Part shown: in pieces, positions 26,235 through 36,780 of the stretch
How the letters are laid out: the number at the start of each line of letters is the position of its first letter
How positions within the stretch are numbered: position 1 is the stretch's first letter
NCBI GenBank assembly: GCA_964019425.1
Contig: OZ025787.1
Location: 1,550,001 to 1,596,115, forward strand
Origin: Flectonema sp. DT1601
Taxonomy: Eukaryota
Direction: 5' to 3'
Length of the DNA: 46,115 nt
The notes under the pieces: generated by a model
Databases searched by the model: none
What the model was told of the DNA's origin: nothing
The model's input: only the letters and a program-made list of their open reading frames with translations
Program-made: the position numbers and the translations under genes

Positions 26235-29200
26235 ATGGAAATCACGCCGTTTAAGTTATTTTTGATATTAGAATTGACTTTAGTACACTCCCGTGCCCAT
26301 TGGTTTTACAACTATGATGGTGTGATGGTGAACCATCCAAACGGAGGTGCTGCGAATGGGCGCTACATGTATAATGGAATGAACGGTGGGTGGCCAAATG
26401 AAAATAACGCAGACTACACATTGAACATTCAGTCATCAGGGTCGACAACTTATTGGGCTGTCTATAAATATGGAACACATGTATCATTGAGGCAACAGTG
26501 TAGTGATGCAAACAACGATGGACCGTTTAGTTTCTCTGAGGGAACTCGTTGTAATTGCTTCTGGGATACGAGAAATCACGATGCTGTTGTGTATGGTATC
26601 AAAGGAAGTTCTCCAGTCAATGAAAACCTCTGCCGAGCTACATCAACACCTACTCCGACGGCAAGAACACCAGTGCCTACACCCCGACCTTCGACTCCCA
26701 ATCCTTCTGCTCCGCCAACTCCACCACCACCTTCATATTGTTCTGACCTGACAACTGACCGCTTTTCATGTGATAATGGAAAGGTTGTGGTATCGTTGCA
26801 TGAACTCAAGGAATGTGCAAGTTTTATCTGTAGCAGCTTATTGCCTCGGAACTTCCTTTCCAAGGCAAGAGGTGCAGATGTACATCAAATAGTCACTGAG
26901 GCATCTTGTGCACCTGTTTACACCTCTACGTTTATTAGTGACGTCATTTGTAAGGATATTCCTACTCCACAACCAACCCCACTTCCAACGCCACGGCCAA
27001 CTCCAAGAACCCCACTGCCAACTCTTAACCCTACACCGCACCCTACTCCACAACCAACCCCACTTCCACGGCCAACTCCAAGAACCCCACTACCGACTCT
27101 TAACCCTACTCCGCAACCAACTCCGAATCCAACGTGGCCTCCGCGGCCTCCTGCTACAACACCACCACTGCCAACTCTTAACCCTACACCGCACCCTACT
27201 CCGCAACCAACTCCGAATCCAACGCCGCCTCCTGCTACAGCACCACCACTACCACCACCTTCATATTGTTTTGACCTGACAATTGACCGCTTTTCATGTG
27301 ATAATGGAAAGGTTGTGGTATCGTTGCATGAACTCAAGGAATGTGCAAGTTTTATCTGTAGCAGCTTATTGCCTCTGAACTTCCTTTCCAAGGCAAGAGG
27401 TGCAGATGTACATCAAATAGTCACTGAAGCATCTTGTGCACCTGTTTACACCTCTACGTTTATTAGTGACGTCATTTGTAAGGATATTCCTACTCCACAA
27501 CCAACCCCACTTCCAACGCCACGGCCACTCCCTGTTCATTGGTGTCCCCTTTATGTTTCCACTTATTCATGTGATGCTGGGAAGGTAGCAGTTCCAGTTT
27601 CTGTTCTTGATGCCTGCAGCCAGTACATTTGCCAAGTTATGTTGCCGCAGAACTTTATAACCAGAGCGAGAGGAGCAGATGCGTTTGAACTGATATCAAC
27701 CAGTTCCTGCAGCACGGAATACAGCACAGATGTAGAGAACAACATAATTTGCATGAGTGGCAGCGTGGCACCAACACCGCATCCGGTGCCCAGCTATTGT
27801 TTACAACTCACACTCGCCTTTTCTACATGTCAGCCTAACTGGATTCCTGTTCCTATCGAAATCTTGGACAATTTACATTGCGGGAACTACATTTGTGATG
27901 CTTTACTACCGGGTAACAGCATAAAGCAAGCACGAGGTGCCAACAGAGGCTTCATCATCAACAAAGATTCATGTGGTCTGATTGCATTTACTGGTGTTGA
28001 GAATAATGTAATTTGTATGAAAGGCTCATCAGCATCCCCTACAAGCGATCCTACTCCAACTCCGGTACCTAGTTATTGCTTACAACTCACACTCAGCTAT
28101 GCCGGTTGTAAATCTGACCTGGTTCCTGTACCGAAAGATCTCCTGGACCCATTACACTGCGGGGACTACATTTGCCAAACATTTCTTCCGAACAACAACA
28201 TTGAGCAGGCGCGCGGTGCGGATGACGGCTTTGTGATTAGTCGGCAATCATGTGGTCTAATAGCGAATACGGCAGTTGAAAATAATTTCATTTGTATGGA
28301 AGACAGTGCAGCATCGACTCCGAGACCGACATCTCTTGCAGTCAAGCTTTGCGACTCGCTTGTCATTGCTGACGGCAACAACGAAAGTGGAATTACTTGT
28401 CCAGAAAAGACAACATTAGTCAGTGAGTTAAATATTTTGCAGAGGTGTCATCAGAATGTGTGTGGTAAGATTAAGATTGATACTGCAGCTTATGCAGAAT
28501 CTGCAGGTGTATTTCTTTCCCAAGCTGGTTGCAAATTTGTGGAGATCAAAGACCACCAAATTGCTAAAAAGGATGCTAAAATATGCAGACCTTTCGAAAG
28601 TGAGTCTTGTAGTTATATTACTCTTCAGGGAGTGGGGAAAGGCTGTATTGGATGGGGAGAACCCATACATGCTCACAGGTTGGACATGTGCAGCAGCGAA
28701 ATTTGTTGGTCCCTTGATACATACCAGGCTCATGGATTGGTGCACAACACTGCCTATCACTGTGACGACGATGTTCTGAGTGATTCGAAGTCTTCTTCTT
28801 CCCATGTATTGTGTGACGCTTCTGCAATCTGTGCACAGCGACTGACATCCACAAGTGATGGACATGTATGTGACAAGGAATCTTCACGGGCTTCGAATTT
28901 TGAAATTTCAATTTGCAGCAGTTGGGTATGTCAACATATACTCCATTTAAACCCATCAGATTCTGCTGGTTGTGCAATGCAACTTGAAAAGACTCAGTTA
29001 TGCAGCCCTTTGGGTTGCTCTGATTTTTATGTCTCCGGTAACGGTGACGGCGATTGCCCTGGAGACTGCACACTTCACAATCCAAATGAGAGTTGCGTTC
29101 CTCTGCTGTGCGCAGCACTCATCAATCCCGGGGAGTTCTTGCTGGCGTCTGAAGATCGTATTGTTGTCAAGACAGAATCCTCTTGTGTTCTTCGCGCAAA

Positions 29201-29534
29201 AAAATTAACAGGAAATCTGACACTCCACCGGGGTTGTGTGTGTGTACCATCTTCACAATCTAGCAGTGTCTGGTTAGTATTGGGCCTTGTACTTTCACTA
29301 TTGTGTTGCATTTTAATCCTTTGCCTTTTCGTGTGTTTCTTAAACTTTCGTAAGAGCCGTCGACCAACCAACTGTGATGGCATAGAGTGTCTGATTGACT
29401 TGGATCAGAGAGATCTCCCACTAATTGAATTAGAAGATGATGGTCCAGTGCAACTACCGCAAAGATTAAGTAGTTTTCAAGATGAAATAGTCCCTCAACA
29501 GATTTATAAAGATGAAGATGATGCTGCAATTTAG
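26235..29534 (+). CDS. Cys-rich, Pro/Thr-repeat type I membrane (cell-surface) protein
   Basis: ~1100-aa ORF from ATG 26235; signal-peptide-like N-terminus ([21 protein letters not shown]), PTP-rich linkers, five 6-Cys 'ARGA' modules, further Cys-rich region, TM helix [25 protein letters not shown] followed by RKSRR and an acidic tail. Confidence 0.88.
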   Translation: MEITPFKLFLILELTLVHSRAHWFYNYDGVMVNHPNGGAANGRYMYNGMNGGWPNENNADYTLNIQSSGSTTYWAVYKYGTHVSLRQQCSDANNDGPFSFSEGTRCNCFWDTRNHDAVVYGIKGSSPVNENLCRATSTPTPTARTPVPTPRPSTPNPSAPPTPPPPSYCSDLTTDRFSCDNGKVVVSLHELKECASFICSSLLPRNFLSKARGADVHQIVTEASCAPVYTSTFISDVICKDIPTPQPTPLPTPRPTPRTPLPTLNPTPHPTPQPTPLPRPTPRTPLPTLNPTPQPTPNPTWPPRPPATTPPLPTLNPTPHPTPQPTPNPTPPPATAPPLPPPSYCFDLTIDRFSCDNGKVVVSLHELKECASFICSSLLPLNFLSKARGADVHQIVTEASCAPVYTSTFISDVICKDIPTPQPTPLPTPRPLPVHWCPLYVSTYSCDAGKVAVPVSVLDACSQYICQVMLPQNFITRARGADAFELISTSSCSTEYSTDVENNIICMSGSVAPTPHPVPSYCLQLTLAFSTCQPNWIPVPIEILDNLHCGNYICDALLPGNSIKQARGANRGFIINKDSCGLIAFTGVENNVICMKGSSASPTSDPTPTPVPSYCLQLTLSYAGCKSDLVPVPKDLLDPLHCGDYICQTFLPNNNIEQARGADDGFVISRQSCGLIANTAVENNFICMEDSAASTPRPTSLAVKLCDSLVIADGNNESGITCPEKTTLVSELNILQRCHQNVCGKIKIDTAAYAESAGVFLSQAGCKFVEIKDHQIAKKDAKICRPFESESCSYITLQGVGKGCIGWGEPIHAHRLDMCSSEICWSLDTYQAHGLVHNTAYHCDDDVLSDSKSSSSHVLCDASAICAQRLTSTSDGHVCDKESSRASNFEISICSSWVCQHILHLNPSDSAGCAMQLEKTQLCSPLGCSDFYVSGNGDGDCPGDCTLHNPNESCVPLLCAALINPGEFLLASEDRIVVKTESSCVLRAKKLTGNLTLHRGCVCVPSSQSSSVWLVLGLVLSLLCCILILCLFVCFLNFRKSRRPTNCDGIECLIDLDQRDLPLIELEDDGPVQLPQRLSSFQDEIVPQQIYKDEDDAAI
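26723..27527 (+). repeat. Recent intragenic duplication (26723-26999 vs 27251-27527, offset 528 bp) flanking a PTP-coding minisatellite
   Basis: Two ~277-bp copies differ at about five positions by eye; the spacer consists of shuffled units such as CCAACTCTTAACCCTAC and CCGCAACCAACTCCG. Confidence 0.92.
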
Positions 29535-29767
29535 ATTTCTTGTCCTTTACTTTGTAGTCTTCTACTTTTTGTACGTACGAAACTTTTGGTCCGGCGCAGT
29601 TATGACCTAAAACTGACTGTCATCTTACCTTTTGGTTTTCATTTCTTGCTGAGTGACATGGCTATGTGCTGCCTAATTTTTTGCGATTGGATCCTTTCTG
29701 ATGCGTGCTACCCAGACCCCTTATAGTCACAGACCCCTTGTAGTTATCAGTTTGTATTTTGCTTTAA

Positions 29768-31512
29768 CCCTTACACCACCGTAAGAACCCCCAAAACGAC
29801 GGGTCCAAAATTTTACTGTTTTTTCAAAAAGAGAAAAGGTACCCCCCCAGAAAACCTATGTACCAAACCGGACACAACTACTCCTACGGGTCAATAGCAC
29901 CTGTCACCTACACACCTAACGGTGCGTACCTTGGTGCGTTGTTGCACATTCAGCAGAACTAACAAAGTCGGCAGTGTCGCAATAACGTACTCAACGGTTT
30001 CCATTCATAGCAGCTGCATGTTATTCCCTTCCCGTATTTTGAAAGGGATGATGTTTCTGCGCAACATCATGTCAGAGGGAGCCCAAGTAAAGAGAATGCC
30101 AAATCACGGCCGATATTAAATCGAAAAATCAGATTTTTCCCCTGTTTTTTGAGCTTGTAAAAGCCCTCTGTGGTAGCGGAAAATACACAAACAACCCGCA
30201 TCATGGCACAGCAGGTTCAGACACACAGGAGGATTACCGCATCGGGGTTGATAAGCTCGAAAAATATAAATAACATCGATCCCAGATCATGGAACTTCAT
30301 TAGTTACAGTGCAGCTACTCAGATCAGACCGTGTTGGGCTGGATCTATAAACTTCCACCTCTTTACCCCACCAGCCTGGCATACTGGATTTTTGGGAAGT
30401 TGGCGGTTTAGGAACATCACAAGGAATTTTGTAGTTTTGGAGGATGTGATACCTTTTGAAATATGGGTAAGCACAAAGCGCTTGGTTGCATCGCTCACAG
30501 TAATCTAGTGATTGTGCGCGCTTTGCGCGAACTGCACACCGACGAGCCTTTTCCATCTTTCCGGGGTAGTGTCCCAAAGCTGGCTTGAGGCGATCAGGGA
30601 TTGATACTGATTGTGGAGAAGGCGGTACTGATGGTGTTATTAATAGTGTTGGTGCCGCTCTGGTACGTTTAAATGTATCTATAAGCTGCCCAAAACAAAG
30701 CCAATTTGAAAGATAAGAATCTCTTGCTTCTCCAGCCAAATTCACTACTATCCGTCCAAATTCCACCATGCCCACGTCGCATCAGGATAAAGGAATTCAA
30801 AATACACGTCTCCACTTCGGATCCTCATGCTCGGGAGCAGGTAATATCGCAGAGAAGTGTAAGTTCCTCAGTATTTTGGCAAAGCGATTACGTGAAAACA
30901 CTTGCGGAAAGAACAACAGGGGGGTCAGCAGTATGTCATTCAAACCCCAGGAATCCCCCAGATTAGATTTTATTGGGAGGCGCGTCAGTAGTGTTGTGCC
31001 AACAAAGGCCCTTGCTCCTGCGTACTGGTTTTAAATTTTCTTCCCCTCTGTGAGGCATAGACCTCAGAGTTTTTCTTCATCAGCTGGAAAACTGATTATC
31101 CGAAGAAAAACTCAAAAACCTGCAGCTCCGACTTGCGTGCAACTCTTATCTTTAACGTTTCTTGGAAACGCGTTTTTATTCTTGGTAACCCTTGTTACCT
31201 CCCCTCCCTATTTGGGGTCAGATACTTCGTCAAGTGACGAATCGGAGCACACCGACGATGGATTAGCAAATACTGTTGCATCCTCATCAGAACTGTGGAC
31301 CGACATATTTCCCAAGTTGATTTTGGCCAGCTTTAGCAAATGGAAAATTTACCATTTAATAAAAACTATTGCGGCGCAACACGTAAGGAACATAAAAGAC
31401 ATCGCAATAATACCTCTCCCGTGAAATCGTTGTACTCAGAAATGCAAAATTTTCACTTAGCAAAAAAAAATTTTTTTTTCAGACTGATATATCAGCTCCG
31501 GTGGTGTAAGGG
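29768..31512 (-). mobile_element. Non-autonomous piggyBac DNA transposon (internal deletion derivative, 1745 bp)
   Basis: Perfect 14-bp TIRs CCCTTACACCACCG (29768-29781) and CGGTGGTGTAAGGG (31499-31512), each flanked by TTAA (29764-29767, 31513-31516); transposase remnants inside. Confidence 0.93.
30287..31306 (-). pseudogene. piggyBac transposase remnant
   Basis: Acidic/Ser-rich N-terminus MSVHSSDEDA..SDSSLDEVSD then a stop; conserved FFPQVFSRNRFAKILRNLHFS (~30851-30913); decayed C-terminal Cys-rich domain HYP..RRCAVR..YCERCNQALC..YFKRYH (30446-30571). The DDD core is missing. Confidence 0.85.
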
Positions 31513-32655
31513 TTAAAAAAAAAAAAAACTTGGCTTTAATGTTGCTAATAATAGCTTTCCTCTTTATTTGATTTATTTGTGAACAAAATCTTTGATGTTG
31601 TGGTGACTCTAGAAGAGTCACATTTTGTATGTTCAAGTGGCTTGAGCTGGTAAGATTTTTATTTTCCATTTATGAAGTGAACAACTTCAGTAGTTGATTT
31701 AACCTGGTAGCCTCTGTCAAGGCAGGGGCTGTGAGTCGATCACTTCTGCCAAAGCAAAAATTGCAATTACTGATGCAGGCTATCCAGCCTCGTAGTCATC
31801 AGTTTTGTATTTTGCTAACCAAAACTTGTCTCCTTTTTTCAGTAAATGTATTTATTACAACTCTAACTTGTCTTTCAATCTTGAACTTGGTGCGAGTAGC
31901 CCTCCGGCAAACCATCGCCATTTTGTATTTTTGTGAGTAGTCAGGTAGGTTAAAATCAATTCACAGTTCACAATATGTGTCAACGACTTACAACGGTGGA
32001 TAGCAGTCAAATCCTAATGTAGGAAATTGGTTTGCTTTGATTTTGGAGATTTTGTGCTTCCGTTTTCCGGTGGTGAAAACTTCACATTTTGAACAGGAAA
32101 TCCAAAAGGTATCGGATTTGCGTAGATAGTGACATTAGTCACCGACACTTCAGATATACTGTTTTGTTACATGACAGCAGTCAAAGTTACTGTACAGTTG
32201 GAGCGAGAGGTTCGCTAATCCCCTTTGCATGTTCGCATTTCTCACAGAAGCAACCCACTGAAGAGATTAGCAAGTTGGAAAGGTTGGCTGCCTTGTTCAT
32301 GACAGGCTCACCATAATGGGGAATACCATTGATTCCCATTCTCATTCACTACGAAAACTGCAGGCAGTGTCGAAGAATCGACATCAACTCATAGCTCGTT
32401 GCGCCGGTAACCATATCCTCTTCTCACACCTCGTACAACTATGTTTCTTCTTGTATCCTTTACTCCTCCTAGTTTAAATTACTTCTATTCAAAAACCCCA
32501 ACAGGAATACCTCGGATTAAGAGAAGGGTTTGCGCCGCTAGTAGTGTAGCTAGAATAAGAACTGTTTTTTTCTTTTAACTTCGGTTAAGTGTAATGGACT
32601 ACGGGGGCAACCTGTTACATATTCAGATTTCAAAAAAAAAAAAAAAAAAAAAAAA

Positions 32656-32727
32656 AGCGGCTCCCGAGAATCGAACTCGGGTCTCCACGGCCACAACGAG
32701 GTGTTCTAACCATTAAACTAGAGCCGC
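32656..32727 (-). tRNA. tRNA-His (GTG)
   Basis: GCGGCTC TA GTTT AATGGTTA GAAC A CCTCG TT GTG GC CGTGG AGAC CCGAG TTCGATT CTCGG GAGCCGC T: complete cloverleaf with one U-U mismatch in the anticodon stem, followed by a long T-run terminator. Confidence 0.95.
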
Positions 32728-33241
32728 TATACTTTTTTTTTTTTCTTTTTTTTTTTTTCTTTTGGTTACACTCGTCTGTGCTACCAAACTCTTTGTTTTT
32801 GTTCTTTTCACTTCTATGTTTTGTCTTTCTTTTATACTTTCTTTTTGACTTAAGTCTGACAAATTGGAAAACACGGGAAACATAGGTAGGCTCCGCCTGA
32901 GGACGTAAGAAGAGCGGCAACGGAAAAAAAATAAATGGTCACGCGTCCTTGAAATTGGACACACGAAGCTAATTCGGTTACCATTCCTACCATCGATAAG
33001 GAAAAACAAAGAGTCGAGCATATAACTAGAGCGGTGGTCAAAGACCACTTGAACAGCCCGAAGGCCTGCCCTCAAGAGAAATTTTTAAGGAGAATAGGAG
33101 AAGAAGGAGACAGGAGTGTTGGATGAGACACTGCGACAACACCGAAGGTGATGTGCAGTTACCCAACCAGGAGATGATTGATAATGATGAAAATACTAAA
33201 AATAATAACAAATTGATATTGGCGACTACATGTCACCTACT

Positions 33242-36200
33242 TTACTTCCAAAGTCTAAGGTTAGATGTTTGTTCCATCCACCTTATGATCAACGCGAGTG
33301 ATGGAAGCCACGCTAAAGTGAAGAGGGCTTCAAGGTTAGGAATTTCGTTGGCAATAATAAGTTCCCGGTCGCGATCCCACTTGCCGGTCAGTGTTGAGAA
33401 GCCCAGGATTTTGAACCTGGCAGAGTCGAGTTTGGGAGATTGACATCCCTGCAGCAGGTGAACCTGTGAGGACGGTTCGCCACAAAATGGGCAGTCGATC
33501 GTCTTGCGCCAGTTCTGAATTAGCGGGTGACATCCTGTCCGGAAGTTCGCTATCCGTATCTCGTCGGCTCTTTCCATCCCAGGAGGGTATTTAACGGAAC
33601 GGCCTCTGATGAGGTGTTTGTAGCAGGTGTAACCACTCACGTTAAGCAGATCCTTTTTGATGCAGCGCTTAACATGTGATGATCGCGAGAAGTACGTGCC
33701 TTTGACTAGCACAGGTCGGATGTTCTTGTTGTGCGCTGCTTCCTTTGCAAGCGCGTCAACTTCATCGTGAAACTCGATTCCAATGTGCGAGGGGATGAAT
33801 TGCAAATGCACTTTCATCTCACACATGCGCAGGTATTCCAGTATCTTGAGGGACTCGGTATTCCTCTGTCTGCACCTTCCACCCAGCAGTTCATCCAGAA
33901 GGGATTTTGAGTCCGTGAATATCCTCACAGATTTCATTGAACGATCTTTGCTAAACACTGTTCTCAGATGTCTAGCCGCGTTCTTCAGAGCATGTTGTTC
34001 AGCCCTGTAGCTGCAGTCAGCTTGATAAAGCCTAGACGCGTAAGCAGATCGAAGGCCGCTACGTGACTTGGCAATATGAGCCGCACCGGCCGCGCCGGAA
34101 GCAGAGTAGGAGCCATCGCAGTTGATTACCATGTCGACAGGAGGCAACGTTCCAATGTACGACATGAACTTTTCTTTGTCCACCGCAGGGTTAGCGGACT
34201 TCGGAAATCCGCAGCTGTTGCTAATCCTAAGGTTCGTCGGAGATATCCAGGGTTCCATCGAGTCAGGCTGCACAAGGCACTGGCTTTCTCGCTGACTATC
34301 AGTGCCAGGGATTAGGCCAGCCCAGTAGCTTTGTGTTGAGGCGAGTCTGTTTGTATTAGGTATCCAAGTCATGGCTTTATACCTGTAGTACGCAATTTTT
34401 GTCTGCTTTTCAATCTGACGTTTAAAAGGATACATGTCAGACTCCCACAACAGTAACTCTCTTGGCGTACACTTGCTGCATCCAGTAACCAGTCTGGCGA
34501 CCTTCCTCAGTTCTAAGTCGATGCTGTCAACGCTGCTGCTTATCAGCCAACCAAAACTGTCAAGCGCATACGAGATTCTCGCGGTTACATAAAGGTTCTT
34601 AACCATGTTAAGAGTCTTGTAGTCCAGTTCGTACGGCTGGAGGCACTGCAGAAGTGATATCCCCCTCTTTAATTCTTCGTGAATCTTGCCGACTTGTTTG
34701 TGGAAGGTGAGCCTGTCGTCGATGTGAACCCCGAGGTATTTTACTGAGTCGACTATCGGTAACAGAAAGGCAGTTTTGAATATTGCTCTCACAACCATAA
34801 TGCTGTCCTCACGAACGACGTATTGCAGCATCAAGTTGTCGAGTTCTTCTTGTGTCTTGATTGGGCTTCCTCCAATTTCAAGAATCGTTTCGCCACTTTG
34901 AAGCATGGGTCTGGGTGATTTGAGATTGATATGCTTCTCGATGTCGCCATAGTCAAGTTTAAGCATGCGTTCCTCAACAGATCTAGAGAAAAGCAGTTCG
35001 CGATTACACGTATCGTTTAGTACTATGCCCTTCGAGCGAACATTCATCTTAAGCGCACAGGTTTTGGAGACTGATAAGGCCATGTCGTTTTCAAAACACC
35101 ATTGATCCACTTTGTCGAGTACTAACTGAGCATTCGAAAGAGCTTCTTCCATGTTTGATCCTGACACCACACATGCTGTGTCATCCGCATTACAGAGCAG
35201 ACGTCGTTGTTTCCTTCTCCAGTTCCAAAATCTTGCAGAGGTCATCAACGTAGATAAGATAGAGAAGAGGACCCAGGATCGATCCCTGGGGAACCCCCTT
35301 AGCCAGAGTACGGAATTCGCTAAAATACCCATTCGCTTCAACTCTAACCTTCCTGTTTGTAAGAAAGTCTGTGATCCATCTGATAATAACATTCGGAACA
35401 CCCATCTTTACTAATTTTAAAAGTATCTTATGGTTGATCCTGTCAAACGCAGCAGTAAAGTCGAATGACAAGAACACTGATCTCTTTTCTTCCATGTGGC
35501 TCCTTACGATAGCATCTACTAGAACGGTGATCTGCTCGCAGGTATTTCTCCCCTTTCTGAATCCAGCCTGTAGTGGACTGAGCGACGAATGTTTTGTGAG
35601 CCAGTGCATGAGTCGGTCATACACGAGCCTCTCCGCAAGTTTCCCAACAACCGAGGTGAGCGTTATTGGTCTGAAACTCTTTAGTTCATTACGAGGTTTC
35701 CCTGCCTTGAACATGGGCTTGATTAGTCCCTGTTTCCATTGGTACGGTACTTTTGAAGTCTTCCAGGAAGTGTTAATAATTCTCAGGAGGTATTCCACTG
35801 TTGCCGGAGTGAAGTTTTTGATCATCTCATTGTGAACTCCATCAGGTCCTGCAGCCTTGCGGGTCTTCAGGTTCTTAATCGCAGCTTTAATTTCAGCCAT
35901 TGTGAAATCACAGCAAATATTTTATTTCATTATCACCTTCTGAGAGTGCGGGGGCCTCTAGCGATAATATTTCCGATTTCGAGACAAACAGGTCCAGAAT
36001 GCTGATGGTAGATCGCAGTCAGAGATGTTGTTGACACTGATATCTTTACCAGCATCTTGCTGCAGTTCTTTGATCTTCTTAAACGCAAAGGCAAAGTTGT
36101 TACCCTTGTCAAGTTGATCACGTAGGTGGACACCCTTCGATTTGGTAGAATCAGGGGTTGACGTCTTCCACTTTCGTCTCCGTTTCCCTTTGAAAAGGAG

Positions 36201-36780
36201 ACGTCGACGAATGAATTTAGCCGCCACTTCATGAAGTATGTTGTTAAAGAGCTTGGCATTCGCAGTTGCATCATCGGAGAGTCTTGATTTTCTAATTCTC
36301 TTTTCGAGCATGGTCCCAAAGCAGTTCCAGTCCGTAGACTTGAAGTCCCATACAACGCGTTTCTTCGAACCTATCGTGGCCCGTGCAAGTTGGCACATGG
36401 GATCCAGTACGGTGTAGAGAGGTCGATGATCTGACCCATGTTTATTATCTTCTTCAATTGCACTAAATTCTTCAAGAACCATCGAGTTTGAAAAGAATAC
36501 TACATCTGGCGAGGTACCACCCCCCGGGACGTCAGGAAAAGGCCTTGTGATTGACCCCATCTTGTTAGCAACCAGTAGATCATTTTGAGCTGCCCATGCA
36601 TGTAGAGTTGAACCTGCTCTCGTCGATTTAAGTGACCACACCGGATGATGGGCATTAAAGTCACCCGCGACGATTGCTTTCGTTGAGACTGGAAGACCTG
36701 ACTCTCTGATCATGCATCCCGGGGGAGCATAAACATTGATGATGTCAATCTTTCCACCTATGTTGACCTTCACGACCTCG
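33242..36780 (-). mobile_element. 5'-truncated, disrupted non-LTR retrotransposon (APE-RT-RNase H-CCHC; Ingi/I-group-like); the 3' UTR extends an undetermined distance below 33242
   Basis: APE motifs IINVYAPP, GDFNAHHPVW, SDHRPL; RT motifs KAAGPDGV, FRPITLTS, QAGFRKGR, DFTAAFD, GVPQGSILGP, (Y)ADD, KYLGV; RNase H motifs CDGS, RAE, IFTDSKS, FIPSHIG..DEVDALAK; CPFC..HLLQGC knuckle. Frame breaks at ~35905-35960 and at 35190. Confidence 0.93.

Noticed and set aside
32885..32945. Hammerhead-like core CTGAGGA-CGT...ACG-GAAA
   Set aside because: Stem II is only 3 bp and stems I and III cannot be formed around a valid NUH site.
33015..33035. 9-bp match (GCTCTAGTT) to the tRNA-His 5' end as a TSD or second tRNA
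   Set aside because: Too short, no cloverleaf, and the geometry does not fit a target-site duplication.
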